Shown here: one piece after another, positions 1 to 14,077 of the stretch
How positions within the stretch are numbered: position 1 is the stretch's first letter
How the letters are laid out: the number at the start of each line of letters is the position of its first letter
Assembly (NCBI GenBank): GCA_028534125.1
Contig: CM052837.1
Location: forward strand, 29,698,001 to 29,762,000
Length of the DNA: 64,000 bases
Source of the DNA: Lama glama
Lineage: Eukaryota
Reading direction: 5' to 3'
Position numbers and translations under genes: made by a program
Notes under the pieces: model-generated
The model's database searches: none
The model's input: only the letters and a program-made list of their open reading frames with translations
What the model was told of the DNA's origin: nothing

Positions 1-1523
1 TTCCTTTTTCCTGTACATTTTTGGAAAAGAAGAATGCCAAGGTTTTGACTCTTAAGTTTCTGAGGTACAGGGCTCAGGCAGACTCACTACCAAGCATTTC
101 TTGACCCCCTTCTGCACTTGCCAGCATGTAAGCAGGTTACTTCAGACTGCGAATCTCTATACAAAGCATTTTCAGTTTAATTTAAGCAGGACAGATTTTT
201 TTTTTAACTACATGCAAGCTGCTGTAGATCTAGGGGAAGACCAAGATGGTAAAATACATTCCTACTCAATGAGCTCTTATATAGAGAACTAGACAATCAA
301 TCATCTATAATAATTACAATTCACTGAACAAAATCAAACAAGATATGTCACGTTTTATTCAATTTTGGGCTTGACAGTTACTGACAAAATACTGACCTCA
401 TCTGGTATCTGCCCCCCAAAAGCAAATCCTTTAAAATTCATCTTAGATTTTCTATAACCCTACTTTCAGACAAAAATTTTTTCCAAACAAGACAATTTTG
501 TTATTTATAATTTTCAGAATATTCAAAACATAAACCACGTTACACAGATAACTATGGGGCCGTTAAAAGAATAAGGTTATTTGGTGGCAAGTTATCTTCC
601 TTAGCTTTTTTCTGAAATATTCCTTTCAGCCAGTTTGAAAGGCTAGCTAACAATGCATCTGTGCTGAATATTTTATCTGAGGCATTGTAAGATGATTCCT
701 AAATTTTCTTCAACCTTTTCCCCAACTAAACATACGTTTGTCAACTAAAATGCAAGTAAGTGCCATCTCTGGCATAGCTTGTTACTAAGGGAAAAAAAGT
801 AATTTTCTAGTTTAAATGATCTAAAAGCGATACAATAATGAATAGGGAAATTCCCTGGTACTACACAGAAATCATGACAGTGAATGCTATTTTTTTCCCC
901 TCATTATTTTAAATTTTATTGGATTGATGGGAAAAATGGAACTCTCAGTCGAGGTTGTTTTATAATTTGACAAGGTCAATTCAGTAGGCATTTCTAAAGA
1001 TCAATCAATCAGTCACACCTTAAGGCTGAGGTTCTATGACAAAAGTCTTCAAAATATTGTCAGGTTGATATTCCCAGATTAAATGAAAGTGCATAATGAG
1101 AGTATTCTATACATAATAAATGTGAATCAGTGGCATTGGCCCAGAACTTCTAAAAGAAAAACTGAGGAAAAACTGAGAAAAACTGAGTGTTAGCCAAAAC
1201 CTAGCATTATTGGAAGCCACTGCTAGAAGGATAAAAATCTAAGTTTTTACCACCTCTTGTACACCTGGATTGGAGGTGTGATAGTTATGAGACAGACAGA
1301 AAGAACCTCTAGTACAGAATAGATTTACTGTGTATATAAGAGTAACACATTTCCTTTAAACACTTCCCACCAACTAAGATCTCCTCCAACTGCATAGAAG
1401 ATTATTTCATTATTGGGATTAATCAAGACCCAGAGACTATATTTTACGATGCTTAACTGCCGTTCCTTGAAATGCAAATATCAATAAAGGTTCTCCAAGA
1501 GACTTCTTTATACCAATAACAGA

Positions 1524-1744
1524 TGGCTCTCCATTGGGAGGAGAGGATAATTTTGCCCACAAAGGGATATTTGATGATATCCAGAGATTTTTCTGGTTGC
1601 CACACTGGGGAAGGGGGTTGCTACTGCATCTCACTGGTAGAGTCAAGGGATGTTGCAAAATATCCTGTAACATACACGACAGTCCCCCACAGCAAGGACT
1701 TATCAGGTCCCAATGTCAGTAATGCTAAGATTGAGAAATTCTGG
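1524..1744 (+). mobile_element. MER20-like hAT-Charlie DNA transposon
   Basis: Recognisable MER20 motifs (ggttgccacactgggg...gggatgttgcaaaatatcct...ttgagaaattctg). Confidence 0.75.
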
Positions 1745-2332
1745 TCTATACAAATTACAAAATACCAAATGTCTGGAATATGTTTTCTACTTAAATTTGG
1801 ACTTAATTGTATGTTTTTGACACAAGAATTAACTAAAGTTGAGCTCACAAGTATGCTCAAATTATTTATAAAGCCAAACCAGTGATCAAAAATAAAAATT
1901 ATGAAGCCATTATAAAATGAACTCCACATCTGCCTAAGTTACTCCTGTAGAAGAACAACAGGCTTTAAGGTACAGTGGGAAAATCTAAAGTTTAAGGCTC
2001 AGAAGGTCGATCTATTTCCACAAGACTGTTGTACAGAAAAGTAAAAATGCCAAGTGCTCTCAGTCACCTTTTCCAGCTACAAGCTGTTAGCTGCAGGTCG
2101 TATTCACTACTAAAAGTAGGAAAATGCCTAGAGAAAGGGGGCAAGAAAGATCAAGACACACTAATTGCAACCTAGTGAATTGACAAGGAATATTATAGGA
2201 CCATCACGCTTTAATTTTGCCCTTCAAGAAAACTGATGTGCAGAGTCAGACATAAAGTTCATCCAAAGGCTATTTTGCTGTAAACTTACCATTGACACAT
2301 CATATTAAAGATATGTAAAACCTCAAGCACTA

Positions 2333-2677
<345 letters not shown>

Positions 2678-3336
2678 TCATATTAATCACCGAGGAAAAC
2701 TTCAATTACCAAATGAAATAAATGGCAGATATTTAGTATGCCACCTCTAAACTCAGCATGTTGCTAGGATTAGGTGAGATGTTAAAAAAAGTTCTCACAC
2801 AGAAAACACACTCTTTAGTTTAAAAAAAAGTCTATGATTCTATGATAGGATATCATATGAAACGTTATTTACCTACTTGGGAAATGGAATTGTGCAACCT
2901 TAATATCAAATCTTAGTTACAAAAAATTATTTCAAAAGTATATTTAAAAGACATAAAGTCAACTAAGTAGCTCTGGGTGATTATTCTTTCTAATTTAATC
3001 CAAATAGATTTAAATAATATAATTAGAATCAATCTGATTTAATCTCACCCTTAAAAAACCCATTTTAGAATGGTGACAATCTTTTACACCACTATTTCTC
3101 CCCCCACATCCTCTTAAAGAGGACAATCTTTCAGTTAACTTTATTGGGAAACTTAAGGGAAAAGAAAAGGAGGTACAGCCGAATCCCCATAACACAACAT
3201 TCTGTTTCCTCTTGATCCAGCTTTAAGTAACATTTGAAAGGAAATCCACCAGGAAACACATTCCAGTACTAAAGGCTTAAAAAAGTCAGCTCCAGCAAAC
3301 CTGAAAGCAAAACCTAGCCTATCTATTCTCTAAGAG

Positions 3337-3337
<1 letters not shown>

Positions 3338-3370
<33 letters not shown>

Positions 3371-3392
3371 CACACACACACACACACACACA
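3338..3392 (+). repeat. Compound microsatellite (AGAC)8(AC)n in DPM1 intron 1
   Basis: Read directly from the sequence. Confidence 0.95.
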
Positions 3393-5044
3393 GTAGAAAC
3401 AAAGACTTCAGCTTCCCAGAGTGCCTTACATTTGGGCATGTTTTTACAAGCCAAAACAAGTTAAGATGTTGATTCCAGGTGATGTGCTGAGACATACTTC
3501 ATAAACAAAGAGTCACTGATAAGTAAAATTACCCCCCTCTCCTACTTCAAAGCACCCACACCACCTGAGGGTGAGGTAGCTTAAAGGAATCAAGCTGACC
3601 TGACTTTAGACAATTGGAGTGCATCCGAAAATAAAATAGTGGTTTCCTTCATTATACTTCATTTTGATTAAAAAATATTCACCTAGAAACCACTGAAAGA
3701 TAAACTGCACTACATTAAAAAAATTGAATAGAGCAAAAAACACTGTATAATCAGAAGACAAACTCAAGCAAAATCAGCTACACGATAATTTCTCTAATTT
3801 GGAAAAAGCCCATAGAAGTCAAAATATAACTTAAAAAAAGAGGGAAAAAAGATGCATTAAAAAACTTCGAGGAACCATGTAGTGAAGATAATTATTTCAT
3901 TCAAAGTATTATAATTAAAACAGCAATGTTTCCCACCAACTAGCATTTCCAACGATGTAAGTTTAATAAAACTCAGACTGGCTGGTTCGTGGAGAAACAG
4001 GCACTATCTGATGAATGCTGGAGAGTCCTAAGCCGGTATAATCTTTTGATAGCAATTTGGCAATAACTATAAATTTTAAGCACATCTCTGTCGACTCAGC
4101 AATTCCACCACAAAGACTCTATCCTAGTAAAACTATCACTGTGTTTGTTAAAACAGTTATCTAACGAAGGACTACTTACTATGTGTCACACACTTTTCTA
4201 AATGCTGGAAAATACGCTGTGTTTGAACAAAGTCCCCGTTCTCATTTGAAAAGAAAAGTCAAAAAATAAAAATTTTAAAAACTGTGGAAATAATCTGTGT
4301 TCACTGATATGACCCGGTTGGATAAATTATAACACAGCCATATGATATTACTAATTTTCAAAATAATTTGCGAAGCTTGTATGTGCTGATATGGAAAGAT
4401 CTTCAAAGATTTACACATGATCCCATTGGTGTAACTGTAAAACAAGTTACATCGTACTCATGCCAAGATTTTCTGAAGTTTTTTTTAAAGTGGGTAACAC
4501 TTCCAAATTCAAACTCCAAAACCTCCCAGTTTCTAACAATCACATCAAACATCCAACAGCAAATCTACCCTCTGCCCTGTCCGGAAAGGTTGTCCAGTCC
4601 AACAGTAGCTCCCTAATCAACAGAATCCAAACCTCATGCTTACATAAGCCCTCGACATGGGGGCGGGAGTAAGCCTGTTCGCGTAGAGCTCCGGCTCCTG
4701 CCGCAGATCCTGACCACCTAGAGGGAGGAATGAGGTCAGGCTGTCAGCCTCGCCCGAAGTAAAAGGGCGTCCAACCCTTCTAAGAAAAAGGCGGGGGGAG
4801 GAGTATCGGGGACTGCACAGCAAAGATAAAGGACTGTGTCACAAAGCCCAAGGGAAGGAATAAGACCCGAGAACCCCATAAGTATCCGCCTCTGCTTTCT
4901 TCGCAGGATGGCTTCCTCCCTAAGGATTCCGGCCGGAGGCGAAAAGAGACGCCAGGCACGGCCAACTCGCGCAACCAACTGCCGACACCCAGGCCGGGGA
5001 AGCCAGCTCATCTCATTCCTCGGGGAGGGCGGCCAGGCGCGCTA

Positions 5045-5529
<485 letters not shown>

Positions 5530-6897
5530 ATGGCTGTCAGGGAGGAGGTGCTTTCCTTGCAGGCAGAAGTTGCGCAGCGGGAGGAGGAGCTGAGTTCCCT
5601 GAAGCAGAGGCTGGCGGCGGCTCTTGTGGCGGAGCAGGAGTCAGAGCGATTGATTCCGGTGTCACCCCTGCCGCCGAAGGCTGCCCTGTCCCGCGATGAG
5701 ATTCTCCGCTATAGCCGGCAGCTCGTACTGCCTGAGCTAGGTGTGCAGGGACAGCTGCGCCTGGCGACCGCGTCCGTGCTGGTCGTGGGCTGCGGGGGGC
5801 TCGGCTGTCCACTAGCACAGTACCTGGCGGCAGCCGGCATCGGCCGCCTGGGCCTCGTGGACTATGACGTAGTAGAAGTGAGCAACCTGGCCCGCCAAGT
5901 GCTTCATGGCGAGGCACTGGCTGGCCAGGCCAAGGTCTTTTCGGCCGCCGCCTCACTGCGCCGTCTCAATTCGGCAGTGGAGTGCGTGCCCTACGCCCAG
6001 GCGCTTACGCCAGCCACGGCGCTAGATCTCGTCCGCCGCTATGACGTGGTGGCCGACTGCTCCGACAACGTGCCTACTCGGTACCTGGTTAACGATGCAT
6101 GTGTGCTAGCCGGCCGGCCTCTGGTGTCGGCCAGCGCCCTGCGCTTCGAGGGCCAAATCACAGTCTACCATTATGGTGGTGGGCCTTGCTATCGCTGCAT
6201 ATTCCCCCAACCGCCTCCAGCGGAGACGGTCACCAACTGCGCGGATGGCGGGGTGCTTGGTGTGGTGACTGGGGTCCTGGGCTGCCTGCAGGCGTTGGAA
6301 GTGTTGAAGATCGCTGCAGGTCTGGGCCCCTCGTACAGTGGCAGCCTGCTACTCTTCGATGCCTTCAGAGGACATTTCCGCTGTATTCAGCTCCGGAGAC
6401 GCAGGCCGGACTGTGCAGCTTGCGGGGAGCGGCCCACTGTGACTGATCTGCAGGACTATGAAGACTTCTGTGGCTCCTCAGCCACAGATAAGTGCCGCTC
6501 CCTGCAATTGCTGACCCCAGAGGAGCGAGTTTCTGTCATCGACTATAAGCGACTTCTGGATTCTGGGTCACCCCATCTGTTGCTGGATGTCAGGCCTCAA
6601 GTGGAAGTGGACATCTGTCGTTTGCCTCACGCCCTGCACATCCCTTTGAAATATTTGGAACGGAGGGATGTGGAGAGCCTGAAACTCTTAGGAGAAGCAA
6701 TCCAGGTAGGGAAGCAGGGCACCCAGGAAGGGGCCTCTCTTCCCATTTATGTGATTTGCAAACTGGGCAATGACTCGCAGAAAGCCGTGAAGATCCTGCA
6801 GTCCTTAACAGACTTAAACTCTGTAACAGTTCAGGATGTTGTGGGGGGCCTCATGGCCTGGGCTGCCAAAATCGATGGAACATTTCCACAGTACTGA
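5530..6897 (+). CDS. MOCS3: Adenylyltransferase and sulfurtransferase MOCS3 (UBA4 homolog), intronless, 455 aa
   Basis: ThiF/MoeB domain (RYSRQL, GCGGLG nucleotide-binding loop, CYRC and CAAC zinc motifs, TNC active-site region), C-terminal rhodanese domain (LLDVRP, CKLGNDS loop), ends GTFPQY. Single exon, as known for mammalian MOCS3. Confidence 0.99.
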   Translation: MAVREEVLSLQAEVAQREEELSSLKQRLAAALVAEQESERLIPVSPLPPKAALSRDEILRYSRQLVLPELGVQGQLRLATASVLVVGCGGLGCPLAQYLAAAGIGRLGLVDYDVVEVSNLARQVLHGEALAGQAKVFSAAASLRRLNSAVECVPYAQALTPATALDLVRRYDVVADCSDNVPTRYLVNDACVLAGRPLVSASALRFEGQITVYHYGGGPCYRCIFPQPPPAETVTNCADGGVLGVVTGVLGCLQALEVLKIAAGLGPSYSGSLLLFDAFRGHFRCIQLRRRRPDCAACGERPTVTDLQDYEDFCGSSATDKCRSLQLLTPEERVSVIDYKRLLDSGSPHLLLDVRPQVEVDICRLPHALHIPLKYLERRDVESLKLLGEAIQVGKQGTQEGASLPIYVICKLGNDSQKAVKILQSLTDLNSVTVQDVVGGLMAWAAKIDGTFPQY

Positions 6898-7293
6898 GGT
6901 GGCTGGTAGAGTTAGACATGGGACAGAGTCAGTGAAAGATTGCCATGGCTTTTTTGTTTGTTTTGCATTTTCTTCAGTAATGTATGGGAGAGCCTGGGAT
7001 TCTGCAGTATCTGTGAATACGTGAACTTATTTCTATAACGGGCTTTTAAGTTGTAATTTCTTGAATGGTGTAGTTATTAATGAGTTATAATACTGTTCCT
7101 GAGAACTGTCCTGTGTTTTCAGCACTTGGATGGTGTCCTGAAGAGGTGAGAAATAATGTCACAGGACTTTGTGTTTTGAACTGCAGATCATTTGCCTCTC
7201 CTGCTGTAATGTGTTTTTTTTCTGACTTCTCCCATGTAAAGGGCTCTTTAAATTGTCCATTTAATTCTTGGAAAGGTGTAGTAAATTTACTGA

Positions 7294-7763
7294 TGTTACA
7301 GAATCCAAGCTCATACTGCTCGCTGCAGGACAAGCCAGTAAGTCTAGAGATGAGTTGTTGGGGCAAGGAATAATGACAATTTGGAAAGCCAGCAGACTGA
7401 AAAGTTTCCCAAAGAACTGTCTTACTTGTGTTAGAATTCAGGCTTCTGTATTAAAAGGGGAGGGGATATGATTGGTTGTTGCAAAGTTCTTGGTGTCAGG
7501 AATCCTTTGTTCTTTCAGCTGTCCTGTAGGTCAGGTCAGGATGTTCCTGTAAACCTTCAACAAGACAAACCTTATTCTCTGTTCTGAGACTTCTTCTCTC
7601 TATAGGAATGGGAAAATGTTACACCTTTATAGGTCAGAGCCTTGAGAATGGGTTGTCATGTATATTTCAGGCTACTGGCAACATTCTTAACTGGTAGCAA
7701 AAGCAATAGAATCCAAAGGTTAAAGTATCTAATGTGGAGTCAGATTTGCTCTTCTCTGGTACA
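7294..7763 (-). mobile_element. ERV1-class solo LTR ~400 bp downstream of the MOCS3 stop codon
   Basis: TG...CA termini, 4-bp near-TSD ctga/ccga. A related fragment at 28608-28705 shares the tccaagctc.tactgctc...gagttgttggggca start. Confidence 0.65.
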
Positions 7764-8477
7764 CCGAATTGATCATAGGTGGTTATACTTAAGATCAGTT
7801 TATTGTTTACTAAGACATTCTTTGGATATTCTTCAGATGATAGACTTATGTCCTAGAGAAATCAGTGTTTAAAATGTATGTTGTTAAAATATTAAAATTA
7901 TCTGGGAAGTGGTCATTCTATTAAACATTTTGAATTAATATCCAAGTGAGGTATTTGCAGTCTACCAAGATAGAAATCACCTTTGTAGCCTGTCAGTTTC
8001 TTTTATAAATTGCTGGGTTTTTTTCTTATTAGCTTCAGAGTCCACCTTACATTATACACACATAAAAATTTCTAAACTGTACACTGTGGTTTGGCTTGTG
8101 TTGGAATCTTCAAGTCCAAGTCCCAACTTTCTGCCCTCCCCTGTCCTTTTTTCCCTATCCAGTTTGTTTTTGTTTTTTGTTTTTTTGTTTTTTTTTTTTT
8201 GGCTTTACTACAGTAAAGCCTACATTTGGCCAGGATGCCAAATGCAATATTGAATTGAAGTGCAATAGTGAACATTCTTCTCTCCTTCATGATTTCAGGT
8301 GAAAAACTTTGAATATTTGACCAATATTACTTGTTACTGCTTTACTGTAGATAAATATCCTGTATCAGATTCAATAAGTTTCTGTTTATAGTTTGATAAG
8401 AGTTTTCATTGAATTCATCAAATGCTTTTTCTGCACTTTTATATACTCTTATCTCCTGTTAATGTTGTGAATACATT

Positions 8478-8652
8478 GTTTTTTTTTTTTTTACTGTGGC
8501 AAAAAAACACATGACATAAAATTCACCTTCCCAGTAGTCTCCATGTATATAATACTGTCAGCTACATGCACGTGCTGGGCAACAAATTCCAGAACACCCC
8601 ATCCTGCATGACTGAGACTTTACACCCACCAAACAGCTCCCAACTCTCCCCT
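8478..8652 (-). mobile_element. LINE-1 3' end fragment
   Basis: Poly(T) followed by antisense L1MA-type 3' UTR motifs (tccagaac...catcctgcatgactgagact). Confidence 0.6.
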
Positions 8653-11502
8653 TTAAGTTGCTTTTGTTATTTTGATGTAATCTCTTCCAGAATTTTATAA
8701 TAGTATAAAATGTAGATTTTTAAATGTTTATTTTCTTATTAAACAGCACTTTCATGAAATGGTAGTTATACTGCCCTACTTCCAACATATACAACAAAAT
8801 TAAAAGCGACATTTTGGTATATGACTATATGTTAGTGGCAAATTGACAATCCATGCCATGTCAAAAGGGGGCCTCTATTGTCCAGCTGAGTGTTGTATGC
8901 AGCCCCATAATCGTCAGAAATCACAGATGTAAATGTGGAATCTTTGTATGTCTGACTACAGATTTTTTTTAAAGTTTAAAAGCATTATGAGCCAGACAAA
9001 ACCCTCTGCAGGTCAGAATCTGTCATTAGTTTGCAGTCTGATACTCTCGTTTTATTAGAAAAGGATAGTACAATCAAATTGGGAATTAGGGTAGTCATCG
9101 CCTTTTGACAACATTGTAGCTCATTTCTGAATAACCGTGCTTATTGTGTCATAGGCCTTTCTCTGTTATAAAGGTGGAACAGGTCCCTTATGACGGTTTC
9201 TCCCAAGGAGAGTTGGAAGTAAGTGACAGACCTGGGGAGGAGAACAAACATGGCAGGCCTCCGCCTCACTTTTTATTCCTGGGACAAAAGCTGATTCTCA
9301 CACATACCAACGGGCATAGGAACTATTTCATACTGTAAAGGCTGATGTCCTGAAGTTAGGCGGTTTTTGTATTCCTACAAACCTGGTTGTCACTGGGACA
9401 GGCAACAGAAGCTGACCGTGACTGGTTAAGTGGGAAAAGGGCTTATTAAGGTGATATGAGGTGCTTTTGAGAATTTGGGGGACAAACTCAAAAGCTATCC
9501 TTCCAAGGAACGATGCCCCAGACCATGTACGGAACTGACGTGAGAACGCTGTCTATGCTCTGCTGCCCCATCGAGTACTAGAGGAAGCTGCCAGCATAGC
9601 CTCCCCCATAGCCTCCCCACCCCACTTCTCTCCAGAAAGCCCAGCAGTTCAGCCACAGCTCGGGGCAGAGAGCAGAGTTGCTTTACATTGGTCTTTCCTG
9701 AGTCAGTCTTACGAGGGTGTGTCTGGTAGGTAGACCATCGCGTGCCTTCATCCTAGCTACAAGAGTAGCTGGGAATTTGAGTTATGATGTCTACAAGAGG
9801 GAGGCAGAACTCATAATCTGGGATTTTTCTCCACTTAGTGGAAGATTTTTATTCTTTGAAATTTTGTTTTCTATGGCTAGGTTTTTACAGTCAGATGGGA
9901 TTTGAACTTGATCACTTTTTTCCTTTTCATTTAACAAACATCAAGTATACTAGTTACCATTCTCAGCTCTGGGATAAAGATGAATAAGAGATATCCTACA
10001 GCTATGGAATTTACACCTAAATAGGAGTAGACAAGTCAACAAGTAAATTAGTGATAAATGCCACAAAAGAAACGAAACTGATGTAATGGGGTGGGGAAGG
10101 GGGAGCCATTTTGGGTAGATTAATTAGGAGAAACCTACGGAGCAAAGTTGACATTAAACCCCAAACCTGAATGGGGAAAAGAAGCCAATCAGATCTGGAA
10201 GAACATCTGATACTGGAAGAAAAACAGTGGGAAGACCCTAAGACAAACTTGTCATGCTCAGGAAACTGAAGAGGTAGGTTGGGTTGTGAACCACTGGGGG
10301 CAGTAGAACAAGGTGAAGTTTAGGGAGACAGGGAACATACCATGTAGGGTGTAGAATGTAATAGGAGTTTTTTATTCTAAGTAAAATAACAACTAACAAT
10401 TGAGCAGTCCTGGTGATTTGCGATTCAAACCCAGGTGGTTTGGCTGAAGACCCATACTGCCCTAAGCAGTACGCTATGCTGTGTTCTCAGTGAGAGCTTT
10501 GTGACTGTGTATGTTTTCATTTTTGAAAAGCAGTCTCTGCCCTGATAACCATGGAATGGAAAAGCTTGTATTTCAGAAGCAATTGGAACGAACTGATGCA
10601 TTTGGTTTACAGATCTCTCTCTAGGGAAGGAACCCTAGACCGAAATCCTTGGGAGCCCTCTGACACCAGTGTGTCATATGGGCAATGTCCAGTTAACCCA
10701 GAGTCACTTTGATTAGGGAAAGTGAGAAAGTCTCAATGTCAGGGGCCACAGCTCGTAAATAAAATGGTGCCAAGGGGGGGGGCTAAACAAGGGCAGTGAG
10801 TCTCCTGAGAGTGTTCCCATGGGAGAGGAGGGCTTTTTTTTTTCAAGCTTGTTTATTTTTAATTAGCTGTTCCCTCGCACAGCAGCAGAGGGTCCCCCCT
10901 CAGAGCCTGAGGTCAGGTACATGGCCCAGTTTGCTCTACCCAGGAGAAGATTACTTTCATAGGTTTTATTTTCTCAGGGTTCCATAGGTAACATGAGGTA
11001 GCCCTATCCAGGTAAAAGTAAAATCTCATCACTTGAAATCGTGCATCTGCCTTAAGATTCAGGATAATTCTGGAGTCGGTTGGGAATATTAGGAAAACTA
11101 GCATAGTGCAGGAGTGGGAAGGGTTTTTGGAAATAAAATGGTAAAAGGGGTTAATTCATGCCTTTGATTTCTGAAGCACTCAAGATGTGAGAGAAAAGCT
11201 AATTAAACCAGCCCAGAATTTGGGTGATAAATAAGATACATACAGTTTACTGTAATTTACTATGAGATCCTACATATTGACACTGATTCTGGCTTCTAAT
11301 CTTTAGTCCAATTATTCAGAATTTAAAAGACAACAAATTGTGATTTATCCAGCTGTTTCGTTCCTGACTTTTAATGCCATTTGTTGGACAGGTTGCTGAA
11401 GATAAAGAAAAAGGCTTATATCTTAGAATTTCCCTTCTTGGTGGCACCTTGGTTAAAAAGGTGCCAGAGTAGGGTGACATTGATGGAAGATGTTTTGGGC
11501 AT

Positions 11503-11643
11503 AATTTTGTTTTTTGTTCTCTTGTTTTATTTTTTGATAGGGGGAGATAATTAGGTTTATTTACTTTAATGGCAGTACTGGGGATTGAACCCAGGACCTT
11601 GTACATGCAAGAAATCTACTCTACCACTGAGCTATAACCTCCC
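11503..11643 (-). mobile_element. Camelid tRNA-derived SINE (Vic-1 type)
   Basis: Antisense of gggaggttatagctcagtggtagag...gtcctgggttcaatccccagtact...aaataaacctaatt with an A-rich tail; Pol III A and B boxes present. Confidence 0.85.
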
Positions 11644-12740
11644 TGAGCATTTTTAATTAGTATTTTCCTTACCCAGTGCTTCCAGATGAGGGAGTACTGA
11701 AACGAATTGGAATTTAGCAGACCAAAGTTCAGGTGGGTTGAAGCAGTTGACTCTCAAGTACAAGAAACCCCCCAGGCAAGCCTGCTATGTGTAAGAGCCA
11801 AGAGAAGCAGTGCTCTTACAATCTTGATTTAGTCACCCTGGGTAAACTTGAGGTTGTTTACCCAAAAGCTCCCCACTCCCACCTTCCTCCCTGCTGGTAG
11901 GGCTGAACGTGGCAGAGTCCTTTCCTAGCCTCCCCTACAGTTTTTGAGGAACCTGTGCTTCTAAACAATTTCTTCCATCAAATACAGTTCAAATCCATCT
12001 CCTTCTCACTATCTCCACTGCTGCTCCCCTAATCAAGCCATCTCTCCATCAGAGGTATGGCTTTTAAGGAACACACACACACCGTCAATCACACCACTGA
12101 GTACCAAAAGTACGACTGCTCTTAAGTCTTGAGATAGAAGAGGTACCTGTGTACAGCAGGGACCGGACTACCAGCCTCGTGATATTTTTGTTAAGTATAG
12201 ATGTCCTTTTGGTAGTCTTGAGATCTGTGAAGGAAAATAGGACTTTTAGATCACGTTTCTCTTACTGATGTAGTGAACAACAGTTATCTATTTTGCCCAG
12301 AGCAGAAAGGGATTTGCAGACTCAAAAACTCCAGGGGCTAAGCAAATGAGAAATGAGTAAAGGTGCTTGCTAGAATTGTGATGAAGTGGGAGTACCTGGC
12401 TCACTGAAATCTACTGCACAGCTGGCTCGCTTTGTCAGGCAGGAATGTGGGTACAGTGTTGACAGACCTATCAGTGTTTTAAGAAAATAGGAACATTTGA
12501 AGTTTTCTCTGAAATCTCCTAATTTTCAATGTCAAAAAAAATTTTTTAATTCTGAAACTGTTTACCAGTTGAAATAAACCCACAGGAGGCTGGATAAAGT
12601 CTTTAGGCTTAAACAGGAAAAACCAAACAAAAGAACCCAAAACACGTGGTTTGAGTTATTATCTTTGCACTTCAAAATTACATAAAAATAAAAAGTTTGA
12701 AAACAAAGCAAAAAAAAAAATAGTGTATAAAGAAAGTGCA

Positions 12741-12885
12741 GGCGGGAGGGTAGAGCTCAGTGGTAGAGCACATGCTTAGCATGCAGGAGGTCCTGGGTTC
12801 AATCCCCAGTACCTCCTCCAAGAATAAATAAATAAATAAACCTAATTACCACCCCCCCAAAAAAAACAAAAAAAATTTTAAAAAT
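12741..12885 (+). mobile_element. Camelid tRNA-derived SINE (Vic-1 type), full length
   Basis: A-box region agctcagtggtagagc, B box ggttcaatccc, (aaat)n, aaacctaattacc and A-tail; imperfect TSD aaagtgca/aaaatgca. Confidence 0.9.
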
Positions 12886-13645
12886 GAAAATGCAATTCTC
12901 CTTTCCATTACTAACTCTCATCCCTTCATTTCCCTCCCTACAGGTAATCTCTTGTAACCAGCCTTACACATGCATTTTGATACTTATACCTTTTGAAGAC
13001 ACATACCTGTATTTTTTTAAGTAGTCTATATTGCTGTTTCAGTTGCTCTCAGTTCACATAGCTCAGCCTCGATCTTTTAAATCAACATTTAGAATGCCAT
13101 ACACACGCTCTAAGTTTTCTTTAACCAGTTCCCCCACTGAAGGACGTTTAGGATTTTTACAGTCTTTTGCTGTTAGTAATAGTGCTTCAAAGAATGTTTT
13201 GATATTTATATCTTCATACAAATACATTCAACAGTAATGATAAAGTGCTTACTATGTCCCCAACATAGTTCTAGAGCCACCTGTCAGAGTATACCTATAG
13301 GATGAATTCCTGAAAATGGAATTGTGTCAAAGACTGTATCTGCTCTAATTTTGAGTAAGCAGTGCCAAATCCCCTTTCTGAGGGGCTGTGTTCATGTATA
13401 CTAACATGCCTGGGAAAGGCCGCTTCCCACCACCCTTGCCAGCACTGTCTTTTCAAACTTTTAGATCTTTGCCAATCTGATGGGTTTTAGACTCTGCGTT
13501 ATTTTACATTTTTTAGTACAAGTTTGAGCCATTTTTCATGTTTAAAGGTCTTTTCAAATAAAAAATTCTGTTTATTCTTTGCTTACTTTTTCTACTGAGC
13601 TGTGTACTCTTATTGATATGTATGATTAAGAAAGACCACTTAGGG

Positions 13646-14031
13646 TAAGCCAGTAAGAGAAAGAAAAATACCACGTGATATCACTCATATGTGGAATCTA
13701 AAAAAAAAAAAAGGACATCATGAAGTCATCTATAAAACAGAAACAGACTCACAGACATAGTAAACAATCTGATGGTTACCTGGGAAAGGGGGCGGGAAGG
13801 GATAAATTTGGGAATTTGAGATTTATAAATGTTAACCACTATATATAAAATAGATTTTAAAAAGTTTCTGTTGTATAGCACAGGGAACTATGTTCAATAT
13901 CTTGTGATAATCTTTAATGAAAAAATATGAAAATGAACACATGTATGTATATGCATGACTGGGACACCATGCTGTACCCCAGAAATTGACACATAGTAAT
14001 TGATGGTACTTCAATTAAAAAAAAAAAAAAA
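13646..14031 (+). mobile_element. 5'-truncated, relatively young LINE-1 3' end with TSD
   Basis: tcactcatatgtggaatctaaaa...acagactcacagacatag...gtatagcacagggaactat...cttcaatt(A)15; TSD ACCACTTAGGG at 13635-13645 and 14034-14044. Confidence 0.9.
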
Positions 14032-14077
14032 GAACCACTTAGGGGAAAGAAATCTGTATTCTTTAGCAAAAGAGTTT

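Noticed and set aside
1156-1187. (G)AAAAACTGAG x3 short tandem repeat
   Set aside because: Simple slippage repeat in an intron with no spacers; not CRISPR-like and no functional evidence.
12741-12815. tRNA-like sequence
   Set aside because: It continues into a SINE body and A-tail and has related copies at 11503-11643 and 40338-40387, so it is a SINE head, not a tRNA gene.
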